DNA of 63,995 nucleotides, filler included, from Octopus bimaculoides (GCF_001194135.2; 8 parts of 7 records of this genome joined end to end with filler, not necessarily neighbours in it), one strand, 5' to 3'; positions 24,705 through 37,429 are shown, counted from the whole stretch's first letter. The notes: a model not told the origin generated them from the sequence alone. Numbers and translations: made by a program.

Positions 24705-25200
24705 TTCTTTTATTCTTTTATTCGTTTCTGTCATTCGACTGCATCCATGTTGGAGCACCACCTTTAGTCAGGCAAATCGACTGCAGGACTTATTCTTTGC
24801 AAGCCTAGTTCTTATTCTATTGGTCTCTTTTGCCAAACTGCTAAGTTATGGGGATGTAAACACATCACGATCAGTTGTCAAGCAATGTTGGGAGGAGAAA
24901 CACAGACACACAAACGTATACACACATATACATATACATCATCATCATCGTTTAATGTCTGCCTTCCATGCTAGCATGGGTTGGACAATTTGACTGAGGA
25001 CTGGCGAACCAGAAGGCTGCACCTGGCTCCAATCTGATCTGGCAGAGTTTCTACAGCTGGATGCCCTTCCTAACGCCAACCACTCCGAGAGTGTAGTGGG
25101 TGCCTTTACGTGCCACCGGCACAAGGGCCAGTCAGGCGGTACTGGCAACGGCCACGCTCAAAATGGTGTTTTTTAGATCTCACCTGCACAGGAGCCATAT
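24705..25200 (-). mobile_element. SINE family A 3' half (24705-24945) followed by an RTE 3' UTR (24945-25200)
   Basis: Family A reverse complement, then (CAT)n-cgtttaatgtc...gtgccaccggcac module. Confidence 0.8.
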
Positions 25201-25308
25201 ATATACGTCCACTTACACACACACACATATATTTATATATACTAAACTGGCAATATGACCATCCNNNNNNNNNNNNNNNNNNNNNNNNNNNNNNNNNNNN
25301 NNNNNNNN

Positions 25309-25320
25309 TTAATTAATTAA
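25309..25320. other. Assembly join spacer N44-TTAATTAATTAA-N44 (also at 29615, 52592, 54150, 59817, 61171, 62703)
   Basis: Identical 100-nt structure seven times. The 12-mer has stops in all six frames. Artificial. Confidence 0.95.
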
Positions 25321-25449
25321 NNNNNNNNNNNNNNNNNNNNNNNNNNNNNNNNNNNNNNNNNNNNTTGGACATACGACAGTTTAACATAATAGCAACGATT
25401 ATAATTTCTATACGTATATATATGTATATGATTTTATGCAAATACATAC

Positions 25450-25485
<36 letters not shown>

Positions 25486-25489
25486 CTTA

Positions 25490-25753
25490 GATGACTTAGA
25501 GATTGGTTTCGGCCATTATCGGGTCCCCAGGCCATGACTAATTCAGCAGCCCCACCTGGAAAAGTCTTTTAGTTAATTATCTCGGGACACCATGGACCAC
25601 TCGAGCAGAGAGTTGTTGTTGATTGAGACGTATCCAGGTGTAGATGGTTTATCTGGTATTTCCTGGAGGAATTTGTGCAGATACCGTCTGAAAGTTGTGG
25701 GGTCTCTTTTTACTTTAATTTCTTTCCGGATAACATTGCAAAGAGCAGGACCA
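25490..25753 (-). mobile_element. 5'-truncated CR1/L2-like LINE 3' end
   Basis: Translation [52 protein letters not shown] resembles CR1-group RT C-termini (FK..LD.FL..IPD.P..PGY...NSL). It is followed by a short UTR and a tctaagtcatctaagt repeat-like end. Confidence 0.65.
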
Positions 25754-26613
25754 AGGAAGGCTCTAACATAGCGATGGTACTGTGGGGCTGCTCTATCTTG
25801 CTGAAAACAAAACTCCTCATCTTCAAAGTCTTCTCTAATGTTTGGCATGACAAATTGTTGCAGCGATTTCAAGTAAACGGGACCATTCACAGTAACATCC
25901 AAAAAGAATGATCCAATTAATCCTCTTAATGATAAGCCACACCACACTGCAACTCCTGGTCAATTAACATGGTGTTCCACCATAACATGTGGATTTTCAG
26001 GTCCCCAGTAGGTGTAATTGTTGCAGTTAATTGAACCATTTAATTTGAATGTGACCTCATCACTCCACACAATCTTTGTTGGAAAGTGTGCATCTTCTAT
26101 CCATCATGCCAAGTACCACTCTTCGGTCTGGATCATCCTCATTAACAGCATGGACTAATCTTGGACCGTAACTTTTCCATTGACAACGCTTCAAAATGCG
26201 TTGGACAGACGATTTTGAAATACCTACCTCATGACTCGCTTGCTGCACAGATTTTCTTGGACTGTGGTGATATGTTTCCAGCACTCCTTCTTGGTTTGTT
26301 GGGGTTGTCGATGTTCGAGGTCTTCCAAAACGCTTCTCGTGGGCATTCTGAACAGTTCCATTGGCTTCAAACTTAATCTCTAATTCGAGTAATGGTACGT
26401 CGCATCGGTGGATCTGTTTGAAACTCCCTTCTAAACTGTCTTTGCACTTCAACTGCGTTTTTACACTTCCAGTAGCATTTTAGAATGAATCCCCTTTCTT
26501 CAAAGTTTAGTCTGACTACCATCAATAATTCCACTGGTTTTCATCTGGAAAGAAAAAATATCAATTGAGTTATTAACTACGAAAGTGTGTATACATTTTG
26601 GAGGGACACCTTA
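25754..26613 (-). mobile_element. Tc1/mariner-superfamily transposon (DUF4817-type HTH), 3'-truncated
   Basis: TIR-like taaggtgtccctccaaaatgtatacacacttt at ~26582-26613. ATG at 26522 gives [34 protein letters not shown]..., then GRPRTSTT...[10 protein letters not shown]...[21 protein letters not shown] and [10 protein letters not shown]. Frameshifted. Confidence 0.9.
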
Positions 26614-26858
26614 CATATATATATATATATATATATTTCAAACATATATAAATATATATTTTCAAATACATATGAATATATATATACAAATACATATACA
26701 TACATATATATATGCATGTGTATATATATATATGTACGTGTGTGTATGTGTTTGTATATAGGTAGATAAACAAGTAGAAAGATAGATTGATCAATTCATA
26801 GAGAGATAACATACGCATATCTATCTATATATATATATATATACACACACATACATAT

Positions 26859-26926
<68 letters not shown>

Positions 26927-27169
26927 ATAGTCATTGAATACACATAACACACAGATACGCACGCACGCACACACGAAAACCCACATGCATACACTTACCG
27001 TTAATTATATACACCCACTAACTTGTTCAAACACACGCACACATACCAACATAATTACAAACACATATACACACACCCCATAAAGTTAATCTGTAAGATG
27101 AATTAACTCGCCATTGATTTATCTCCCTTTACTTCCACTCTCCTGTTTCCTTACTCTATCTCCCTGCAG

Positions 27170-27202
27170 TGTCAATCTAACACCATCGCTCACCTTGGAA
27201 TG
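27170..27202 (+). CDS. Candidate 33-nt microexon (CQSNTIAHLGM in phase 0, or VNLTPSLTLE in phase 2)
   Basis: Long polypyrimidine tract ending ctccctgcag, donor ATG|GTATTC. Frame-preserving length. Confidence 0.35.
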
Positions 27203-27414
27203 GTATTCCAATACCAACGTCACATTTACCATTTATTTATTTATTTATTTATTTATTTATTCATTTACCTTTCTCTTTTCTTGTTGTTGTCGTCGATGTT
27301 GTTGCTGTTGTTGTTGTTGTTTCTCTTTTCCTTCCTGTCTTGTTTTTATCGTTGCTGTCGCCGTCTTTTGAGAGATGTATATGAAATTACGTTTTCTTTC
27401 GCTTATTCATTTCG

Positions 27415-27452
<38 letters not shown>

Positions 27453-28204
27453 TGCGTGCGTATGTGTGTGTGTGTACATTATATAAATATATCAAGATAG
27501 ATAGATAGATAGATAGACATATTTACAAAAACATGCATTCAAACTTCATACATGTAATAATATATACATATGCATATGAACACATATATACACAAAATAC
27601 ACACACACACATACACTGACACACACATACACTGACATACTCACAAATATTTTAAACTGTGGCCAAGAGATCCAGAGATTTATTTTTAAAATATTTTATT
27701 TTCTTCCAAGTCTGTTCACATCATCTCTCACATCGTTTCTTCTTCTTCTTCTTCTTCTTCTTCTTCTTCTTCTTCTTCTTCTTCTTCTTCTTCTTCTTCT
27801 TCTTCCAATCTGACAGCTGTATAAACTTCTCTCAATTCCTAAACTGAAAATATTTTTCGAATTCTTAACTTCCTCTCTGCTCTACGTCTCACACATACAC
27901 GCACACACACACNNNNNNNNNNNNNNNNNNNNNNNNNNNNNNNNNNNNNNNNNNNNNNNNNNNNNNNNNNNNNNNNNNNNNNNNNNNNNNNNNNNNNNNN
28001 NNNNNNNNNNNNNNNNNNNNNNNNNNNNNNNNNNNNNNNNNNNNNNNNNNNNNNNNNNNNNNNNNNNNNNNNNNNNNNNNNNNNNNNNNNNNNNNNNNNN
28101 NNNNNNNNNNNNNNNNNNNNNNNNNNNNNNNNNNNGCACATAAATAGGCAAATACGCACATATTTATTTATATGCGTAGGGATGGATGGGTGGATGGGTG
28201 TGCC

Positions 28205-28365
28205 CGCATACATATATATATAGGCGCGGGCGTGGTTCTGAATCACATGGTTCCGGGTTCTGTCCTACTGTGTTGTATCTTGAGCAAGTGTCATCTACTC
28301 TTGCCTCGAACTGACCACAGCTTTGTGAGTGGATTTGATAGACCGAAATTTCACTAAGCCCGTCG
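28205..28365 (+). mobile_element. SINE family A 5' fragment
   Basis: cacatggttccgggttctgtcctactgtgttgtatcttgagcaagtgtc...gctttgtgagtggatttg. Confidence 0.7.
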
Positions 28366-28463
28366 GCCATGTATATATATACATATACTGTATATATATA
28401 TAGTGAGCAAGAGAGAGAAAGAGAAAGAAAGAGAGAGAAAGAGAAAGAAAGAGAGAGAGGGGT

Positions 28464-28515
<52 letters not shown>

Positions 28516-28676
28516 CAAACACACATAGACACACACACGCACACACATATTATATACGTACATATGTATGCATATTGTATAAACTCTGCTCAAATAGCTT
28601 CAGTCAGTGCGTGATACAACTGTAGACTTGTATATTTATATATTATTTATTTTATATATTAATTTATTCGGTTCAG

Positions 28677-28695
28677 CCACGACCGAAAGAGGAAG
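28677..28695 (+). CDS. Candidate 19-nt microexon (PRPKEE or HDRKRK depending on phase)
   Basis: T-rich tract ending gttcag, donor AAG|GTATGC. Open when joined to 27170-27202 in both usable phases. Confidence 0.3.
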
Positions 28696-28799
28696 GTATG
28701 CAACAAACTTATATAAAATACGCAAGAATGGAACTAAAATGAAGAAAACTGCGAAGAAAGAAAAAGAAGGAAGAACGAAGTAAAGATGAAGAACAGTGA

Positions 28800-28935
28800 A
28801 ACGCCGAGGTCGACTTTGCCTTCCATCCTTTCGGGGTCGATAAATTAAGTACCAGTTGTGTACTGGGTCAATCTAATCGACTATACTCCACCCCCAAAAT
28901 TTCGGGCCTTGTGCCTAGAGTAGAAAAGAATATTT
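28800..28935 (+). mobile_element. SINE family B 3' part (CpG-rich copy)
   Basis: cgccgaggtcgactttgccttccatcctttcggggtcgataaattaagtacc...gtgcctagagtagaaaag. Confidence 0.85.
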
Positions 28936-29507
28936 TATGCTTTCTATGAATTAGAATGTTTTTGGGGGTGGGGGTGAGATGGATAATGGTAAATGAATTT
29001 TAATTAAAAATTTAGTAGGAGTTTCAAGATCATTTTTGAAACATAGACACTCTCTCGGAAATTGGAAGAAACATCTTGAAAATAATGATGGTTTCAAATT
29101 TTGGCAGAAGGCCAGGAATTATGGGGATGGGTGTCAATCGATTACGTGCTCAACTGATGCTTGTTTTATCGACTCCCGAAAGGAAGAAAGGTAAATCAAC
29201 GTCGGCATTAAATATATCTTTGTCACATGATAGCTGGGTCCTCGATTGAAGTGCTTAAGGTGGATATCGCTTGAGTCTTTGAATCCAATTCTTATGTTTT
29301 ACTCCCTCTCTCTTTCAGACACACACACACACACACATTTGCACATACACATTCGCACATGCACACACATACGCACACACACAAACACACGCGAGCAAAT
29401 TTAAGTGTGTGCATGTCTGCTTGTGTATATGTGCGAGTATAAACATATATGTACGTATATACATACATATATATACCTGTATGTATGTATGTATATATAT
29501 ATATGTA

Positions 29508-29550
<43 letters not shown>

Positions 29551-29671
29551 GTATTTATTTATATATATATNNNNNNNNNNNNNNNNNNNNNNNNNNNNNN
29601 NNNNNNNNNNNNNNTTAATTAATTAANNNNNNNNNNNNNNNNNNNNNNNNNNNNNNNNNNNNNNNNNNNNT

Positions 29672-30018
29672 TTTGAGCGTGGCCGTTGCCAGTACCGCCT
29701 GACTGGCCTTCGTAAGATTTTCGAGCGAGATCGTTGCCAGTGCCCCTGGACTGGCTCTTGTGCGGGTGGCACATAAAAGACACCATTTCGAGCGTGGCCG
29801 TTGCCAGTACCACCTGACTGGCCTTCGTGTGGGTGACACGTAAAAGCACCCACTACACTCTTGGAGTGGTTGGCGTTAGGAAGGGCATCCAGCTGTAGAA
29901 ACTCTGCCAAATTTAGATTGGAGCCTGGTGTTGCCATCCGGTTTCACCAGTCCTCAGTCAAGTCGTCCAACCCATGCTAGCATGGAAAGCGGACGTTAAA
30001 CGATGATGATGATGATGA
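29672..30018 (+). mobile_element. RTE LINE 3' UTR, young copy
   Basis: Modules plus the conserved tail ending ggacgttaaac(GAT)n. Near-identical to 44140-44525. Confidence 0.9.
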
Positions 30019-30899
30019 AGTATTGAACTCCCAAACGCTGAAAAAATAACCACATAATTTTAATTCTAAAGCACTTGAATAGACTATATAAATAAATAAA
30101 TAAATAATGCAATAATTTAAATAAAATAAATATATGGATTAAATATTACTAAAATTATATAATAACAAATTAGACATACCTCCCAATATAGGTAAATTTG
30201 AAAATAATAATAGAGGATAATTTAAAATTAAAACTATGTATAGTGTAATTATCCCCCTTGGTAATAATTACCTATAAATACCCATAGTTCCCTGCTATCT
30301 TCTTCCTCAAATCACCATTTTAGTACCAGCAAAAAAAAAGGAAGTTATGTATTTGAATTTTACTTCGTATATATCACATTTAAAAACAGACATTTTTATT
30401 CTGATGTATAATCTTATATCTCACATTCTGTATTTGACATATACTTGATTTTATCTGATTGATACATATATACTAATTTATATTTATAATGAATAGTCTA
30501 TAAATTCTAATTCTTCATATTACAAAGTATAATTTTTATCCTTAATTTTTTATTCTTTAACGCTTAAATGTATTGCTTATTTTTAAAGGGATGTAAAATT
30601 AGATATATAATATTTTGAAGTAGAATCTGAAGATGTGTTGGAACAATTGTAAATCTAATGATTGCACATATGTATATATATTGGAATACAGATGTGTACA
30701 TGTATATATATTGTAATCTTCCAATACTAAAACTCTTGTAGTTCCTTCATATTTAATAAATGTAAGTATTAATTAGAGTATGATAAAATTAATGAAATAT
30801 ATTATATACCCAGCTGGTAATTTTGGTTATGTTCTTTAAGTATTATTTCGTGATGTGCAAACTGATACCATGTGTTTACTGTCAGATATACTCATTAGG

Positions 30900-30943
<44 letters not shown>

Positions 30944-31522
30944 NNNNNNNNNNNNNNNNNNNNNNNNNNNNNNNNNNNNNNNNNNNNNNNNNNNNNNNNN
31001 NNNNNNNNNNNNNNNNNNNNNNNNNNNNNNNNNNNNNNNNNNNNNNNNNNNNNNNNNNNNNNNNNNNNNNNNNNNNNNNNNNNNNNNNNNNNNNNNNNNN
31101 NNNNNNNNNNNNNNNNNNNNNNNNNNNNNNNNNNNNNNNNNNNNNNNNNNNNNNNNNNNNNNNNNNNNNNNNNNNNNNNNNNNNNNNNNNNNNNNNNNNN
31201 NNNNNNNNNNNNNNNNNNNNNNNNNNNNNNNNNNNNNNNNNNNNNNNNNNNNNNNNNNNNNNNNNNNNNNNNNNNNNNNNNNNNNNNNNNNNNNNNNNNN
31301 NNNNNNNNNNNNNNNNNNNNNNNNNNNNNNNNNNNNNNNNNNNNNNNNNNNNNNNNNNNNNNNNNNNNNNNNNNNNNNNNNNNNNNNNNNNNNNNNNNNN
31401 NNNNNNNNNNNNNNNNNNNNNNNNNNNNNNNNNNNNNNNNNNNNNNNNNNNNNNNNNNNNNNNNNNNNNNNNNNNNNNNNNNNNNNNNNNNNNNNNNNNN
31501 NNNNNNNNNNNNNNNNNNNNNN

Positions 31523-32335
31523 CAGGAAGTTTATGTCTGTTCTTAGAGAAATAAGAAGTAAATTTTTAAGTATTTCATTGGGTAGGCGAGAGAAGGGAAT
31601 ATGGTCACCAAGGGGTTTGTATGTTAAGAAGTGTTTGAAATTTCTCTCTGAAGAGATTCTCCTTGTTGATTCTTTCTTGTGTAGAGATTCTTTCTTTACA
31701 TTGATAGAAAGGGAATATAAGGAATTTATATCAGCCACTTCACCCTTATTCATTCATTCCACTGTTCGTTCTTTCGTTCCCCCTCGCTCACATTTCCTTG
31801 CCTTCTCTTCTTCCTCCACTTTTCTCTTCACTGTGTCCCTGTAATTTTTTCTTGCCCCTCCTTCATTTCTTTGTCCCTCTGTCTTTCTCTCTTCTCTTCT
31901 CACGTGGCCGGTGTTCGCCCAAGCCTGATCTTTCTTTCTTTGGCAGCCATTGTGCGTGCAACATCTGAAATCTTGTATCCTAGCTGTAAGACCTTATTTC
32001 CATACATGCTAGCTTAATTTTATTCATCCTTAGTCGAAAGACATCTGTTGTTATGTCCTGTTATTATTCCCACTGTATCTGTGTAACATTGTTTGTTTTT
32101 TTCCATCCTTGATTTTGTATACATTCGCTGCTTTCTTCCAAGGAATCTAATGCTCTTAACTTAATTTTTCCTTGGGGGCCAGCCAGATTGGAACAATATC
32201 GAGAATAGCCAGCTGAAATTGCAAAGATAATCTGGATTTCGACCGAAGAAAAAAACTCCAAATGACCTGTCCATGTTTTCTTCGTATCGTCTATCTGGAT
32301 GTTTTGTGTTCTTGTCCCATTCTGTATTATATATA
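31523..32335 (-). mobile_element. Probable PLE-like or unclassified retroelement fragment
   Basis: GC-richer block. Minus translation GEVADINSLYSLSINVKK loosely resembles the RT motif (T/A)DxxSLYPSI. Family assignment is tentative. Confidence 0.35.
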
Positions 32336-32431
32336 TATTTAAACATGTATATAAACATATATAAATATATATAGATATAAATATATATAGAAATAAATAT
32401 ATGTATAAATATAAATATATATAAACACAAA

Positions 32432-32500
<69 letters not shown>

Positions 32501-32714
32501 NNNNNNNNNNNNNNNNNNNNNNNNNNNNNNNNNNNNNNNNNNNNNNNNNNNNNNNNNNNNNNNNNNNNNNNNNNNNNNNNNNNNNNNNNNNNNNNNNNNN
32601 NNNNNNNNNNNNNNNNNNNNNNNNNNNNNNNNNNNNNNNNNNNNNNNNNNNNNNNNNNNNNNNNNNNNNNNNNNNNNNNNNNNNNNNNNNNNNNNNNNNN
32701 NNNNNNNNNNNNNN

Positions 32715-32775
<61 letters not shown>

Positions 32776-34028
32776 TACAGACATGAAAGTAGTAGACACC
32801 CTTATAATCATTAAAATTTATTTAAATCTAAAATTATACATTCAAATTACTTGTTAGTTGTTATAATGTGAACGTTTAATATTTAGTATACATACTCTTT
32901 GCACTTTTCAATGCAAGGGCCCTATTAGGCATGTTACTGATCAGATAGTGAATATTCTCTTGCAGAATTTCTTGCTAAGTTTCATGCAATAATCTCGAAA
33001 GATCTGGCTTTGAGAATAGATGCTTTCTTGTTCTGTTTATGAAATGTCCTGTCCATTATGCCCCAGTGGTGTTCTATAGGGTTCGTATCTGGTGTCTGGC
33101 TTGGCTGTGGAAGCTTTCAAATGCCATTCTATTCCTACAAATCTTGGGTCATTTTGACCATGTGACAAGGAATCCTGTCTTCCATAAATAGAGAGTCTTC
33201 TTTAATCATTTGACCACTGGAGAAGTTTGGAAGGAGTCCTTTCTGCAATATGGACACATATTTATTTGAGTTTATCTTTCCCTCACACTCCACCAGCTCT
33301 GATCAACGATTGCTCCAAATTGTTCCTCAGACCATCACAGAATAGCTGCTGTGTTTCATTGCTGGTTGCAATCTTTCCACATCAAATTCTTGATCACAGA
33401 GTCTCCAAACCTACACTCGACCACTGTTAGGAATTACAGCAAATCTGGACTCATCAGAGAATATGACAGTGTCCCAAAATGCTAATAGCCTCCCGACCAT
33501 TTCACTGGCCCAATCTTTTCTCCACTTCATATTGGCTGATCAAAGATGTAGCTTCTTTCTTCCTGCTCTGCCATAGTAACCAAGTTTGTGGAGATACCTG
33601 ACATCTGTTCTGGGACTGACATCAACTTGCTCTGACAGAGGTCTTGCAACGAGGGTTATCCTCCACACTTCTCTTAGTAAAGAGAAGGGTCTTGTCAGAG
33701 GGCTCTGGTTGATCTGGACAAGGTGATGTGGACTTCTTCCCCACCCTGGTGAATTGCACAATCACTCTATTAACTGTAGAAAGCAGGATCCGAAGGTTTG
33801 CTGCGATTTTACACTAACTATATCCACCTTCTGAATGACCCACAATAGAGCCTCTTTGAAATTCAGGCAGTTCCAAGACTTCTTTTGTACATGGCATGAT
33901 TAAACAATCACATATAGAATCTAAAACATAAGAATATCAATTGATAAAAAATATAACCCTTTACAAGTTAGAATAAACTAAAAACGATGTTTTATGGGGT
34001 GTCTATTTACTTCTAACATGTGTGTGTA
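32776..34028 (-). mobile_element. Full-length degenerate Tc1 (DD34E) transposon
   Basis: TIRs tacagacatgaaagtagtagacaccc and its diverged complement at ~33996-34028. Coding region 33897-32876: MPCTKEVLELPEFQRGSIVGHSEGG...VIFSDES...FMEDRIPCH...SQTPDTNPIEH...YTKY*, with stops and frameshifts. Confidence 0.9.
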
Positions 34029-34049
34029 TATATAAGAATGAACTTATTT

Positions 34050-34216
34050 CAGTGTCTGTCTATCATATCCACTCTCAAGTCTTTGGTCAGCCTGAGGATA
34101 TAGTAGAAGTCACTTGCCTAAGGTGCCATACAGTGGGATTGAATCCGGAATGATGTGGTTGGTAAGCAAGCTACTTACCACAATTAGCACATGATGAGAA
34201 GATAAAGAAGCAGAAA

Positions 34217-34265
<49 letters not shown>

Positions 34266-34550
34266 GGACACACATGTATTATATATACATATACACATCT
34301 ACACACACATTAAACATACATATATATATCCTATATATAAAAGCATGCACACATACACACACATGTACACACACACGGTGTATGTATGTGTGTGTGTGTG
34401 TGTGTGTGCACACTGTAGTTGAGAGGTTTGCTTCACACCCACATAGTTTTGGGTTCAGTCCCACAGTATGGTACCTAGGTTAAGTGTCGTTCACTTAGCC
34501 TAAGGCTAACAAAGGACTTGTGAATAGATTTGGTTGATAGAAACTGTGTG
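34050..34550. mobile_element. Two SINE family A 5' fragments in opposite orientation (34050-34185 minus; 34390-34550 plus)
   Basis: Both match the family A head and central domain. Confidence 0.7.
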
Positions 34551-35630
34551 CATTAATGCTTCTTTGTCTTGACAAACAATCATCACCATCATACAGGGTC
34601 TTCTGTTAGCTCAAGGTAAGTCTTGCACAAAAAAGTGTTGCTTTTGTTTTATTGCTTTGGCCTGGGGGAAGGGGTTGTGACCACATCTATTGCAAGAACA
34701 TGAGAATATTGAACATGTGTGGTCTATGTCTACAATCTATAAGGTACTTTTAACCATAGGGTACTCTTAAATGGTAAAACTTGTAATTGAATTTGGCTTA
34801 AGTAGCGGTCATATCACTTTCAATGTCTTTTCATATTCTGGTTAACCATTCAATTGACAACACAAACAAATGCTTCCAATTTTATGGGGCATGTTATAGT
34901 AAATACAAGTGCTGCAATGTCACATATAGCTATAGCACTGTTCATTCATTCACATCAAGGAATATCTTTATAAGAACACCTTAAATGTTGAAAACCTACT
35001 TTGACAAATGCATTAACAAGAATGGCCACAGTCATGATCAAGGCTACTGACAAAAATGTCAATTTAAACATTAAAAGAGACATTCTTCAGACATTCTCCA
35101 CCAAACAATCTTAAACTAGAGCCTAACAGCTACCATTAGCTGTGTAAGCTTTATTGGTTAATTTGAACTTGGTGTTTACAAAGCGGTGCAGCTCTGTTAC
35201 ATCAGCCTTCTTTTGTATTGTCTGCTATCACAATTCATCTCTCTGTGATACTTCATTCATGATTAGAGCCTTTTGTCACTGGAATATACAATAAAATTGA
35301 TTTTATTCCTTTACTAAAATCCTTTTGGCTTTTACTCTATAATCGATCATCTCCTCACAGGTATTCAACATTTCAAGTGAATTATGTTTTACTTTATAGA
35401 AGTTGTTTCTCCTCTACAAGACCTATTAGAAGAAAGTTCAACGTATTCATTCAATGTGATAGAAATAACAACCGAATCACCCCCAAATTGTACTGCCGTC
35501 TTAAAATCGATGCTATATCTGATATATGTGTTATTCATAAGTAGAACATCTTAGAAAACAGATGTTGTAAATCATTTAATAGATAATCTAGAGGGAACTG
35601 AAAAATACTACTGCCAGAGACTACAGTGTT

Positions 35631-36210
35631 TGAGGGTCAGCTGAAAAGTTCATAAGCTGACCAAGAATGTGACCAAATAAGGTTTATTTTTCAACAACAT
35701 AATTCCCTTGCAGCCTACACATTTCTTCCATCAGAGTTACAGTGCTTGGTTCTCCCATTGGTGAAGAAGATCTCATCTTGTTGCTCAAAAAAGTCACCAA
35801 CAACAGATATGACATCATCACTATGATGCTGGTTCCCAGCCAAGTGCTTTTTCAGGTTGGGGAACAGATAATAGTCAGATGGGACCAAATCAGGAGAATA
35901 GGGAGGCTGATCAATCAGTTCAAAGCCACAGTCAATTACAGGAGTCATTGAAACCAAGGACTTGTGTGCTGGAGCATTTTCTTGATGCAACAAGACCCCT
36001 TTCATCAGCTTTCCTAGTCGTTTGGTTTTGATAACATTTTTTAACTGCCTCAGCAAGTTGGCATAGTACACTCCATTGATGGTGAGGTTCTTTTGATGAT
36101 AATAAATAAACACAAGGCCTTTTAAATTAAAAAAAAAAAACTGAGGACATCACACACCCTGCTGATGAAATGACTTTAACCTTCTTTGCGGCAGGTGAGG
36201 AGGAAAGTGA
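35631..36210 (-). mobile_element. mariner (DD34D) 3' fragment with TIR
   Basis: ORF 35715-36113 has TINGVYYANLL...HQENAPAH...QPPYSPDLVPSDYYLFPNLKK. TIR tgagggtcagctgaaaagttcataagctgacc at 35631. Confidence 0.92.
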
Positions 36211-36214
36211 CTGT

Positions 36215-36620
36215 CTTCAGTCCTTTCAGCCGCATCCACCACACACCTTCTTTCATCATAGTCACCAAACAAGGAAAACATTCTGGCCTTCCTGACCAAA
36301 GGAAAAGGGTGAGATGATCTTTGTGATGGAGTCAGTCAATAACCAGATTCATCCTACACATGACAGCAACTTATTGGCATAAATCCACCAGTCAAAAATA
36401 CCCAAGCAGTGAAAGAGCACATACAGGGTGGTTTCATCACACTGTGCACATCTCAGGCATGTGTGGCTGACAGCACTACTATGCCTATAGAGTTTATCCA
36501 GAACCAACAATATCTCCAGTAGTGCTGCCAGGCCAGGAATTTCTAGAAATTATCCATGGCCCCTGGCCCAAAAATATCATTGCTCTTGCTTGTTACTAAT
36601 CTTCTACAGAATGCCATGGT
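36215..36620 (-). pseudogene. Tx1/L1-like LINE C-terminal zinc-knuckle fragment
   Basis: Minus translation DKLYRHSSAVSHTCLRCAQCDETTLYVLFHC matches the C-x2-C...ET..H...C (zf-RVT) pattern in degenerate form. Confidence 0.55.
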
Positions 36621-37429
36621 GCCACTAATCATTTTGTCCAGTATGCTAATAGTTCTGCCAGCTCATTGCCTTAATAAATAATTTAGACACCAGGCTAGCA
36701 ATTTTGAAGGTTGGGGATTTGCTGATATGTTCAAATCCAGTACATGGCCTCAGAATATAAAAAGTTGGAAGAAATTACCTCAAGACATTTTATCTGATGC
36801 TTTAATGATTCAGCCAATCCTCAACCTGAATAGTAATAATAATAATAATTCTTTCTAATTAAAGCTGACCTCAGCAGAAATTGAACTCAGAAGATAAAGC
36901 TAATTTGTTTGATACTCTTACAATTCTGCTATTTTGCTTTTGAATAATAATAGATGTCAAATAGAAATAACAAGTCAGTTACTGTGGATAAGTACTATCA
37001 AATTGGTTGTTTAGTGTGTTGAACTCTCAGCCCTCAGATTCAATAAAGTGCCAGCTTATTCCTTTAAAGGATCTAAAACATTTTAACCCCAGGTCACCTT
37101 TTACCCAGCAGATTAGAACCAAAGGTTTTCCAGATGTGTCCATCCTGTGTTTATTTTTTTTGTTATATCTAGCACATTATTCAGTGTGTACTTTTTTAAT
37201 GATAGTGAAGCATTATTTGAAGGAAATTTAGGTAATTGCTAGCAGGCTGAAACTCATATAGAAATTGTGTTGTTGGTCTGTTGCTTTAATGTTAGCTTCC
37301 AAAACATTGAGCTAAACCATATTGTTAGGATTGCATTTATGTTCTTGTATTTTTGTTGCACCCATCCAAACCATTGTCATCATTTCCTACATGTAAAGCT
37401 ATTAAAACAACTTTGTTATTCTTTTATTT

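Noticed and set aside
30600-30900. Small AT-rich exon-like stretches (VESEDVLEQ; LFRDVQTDTMCLLSDILIR) and the lone donor CAAG|GTAAGT at 34617
   Set aside because: Such signals are expected by chance at this base composition, and no consistent multi-exon frame was found.
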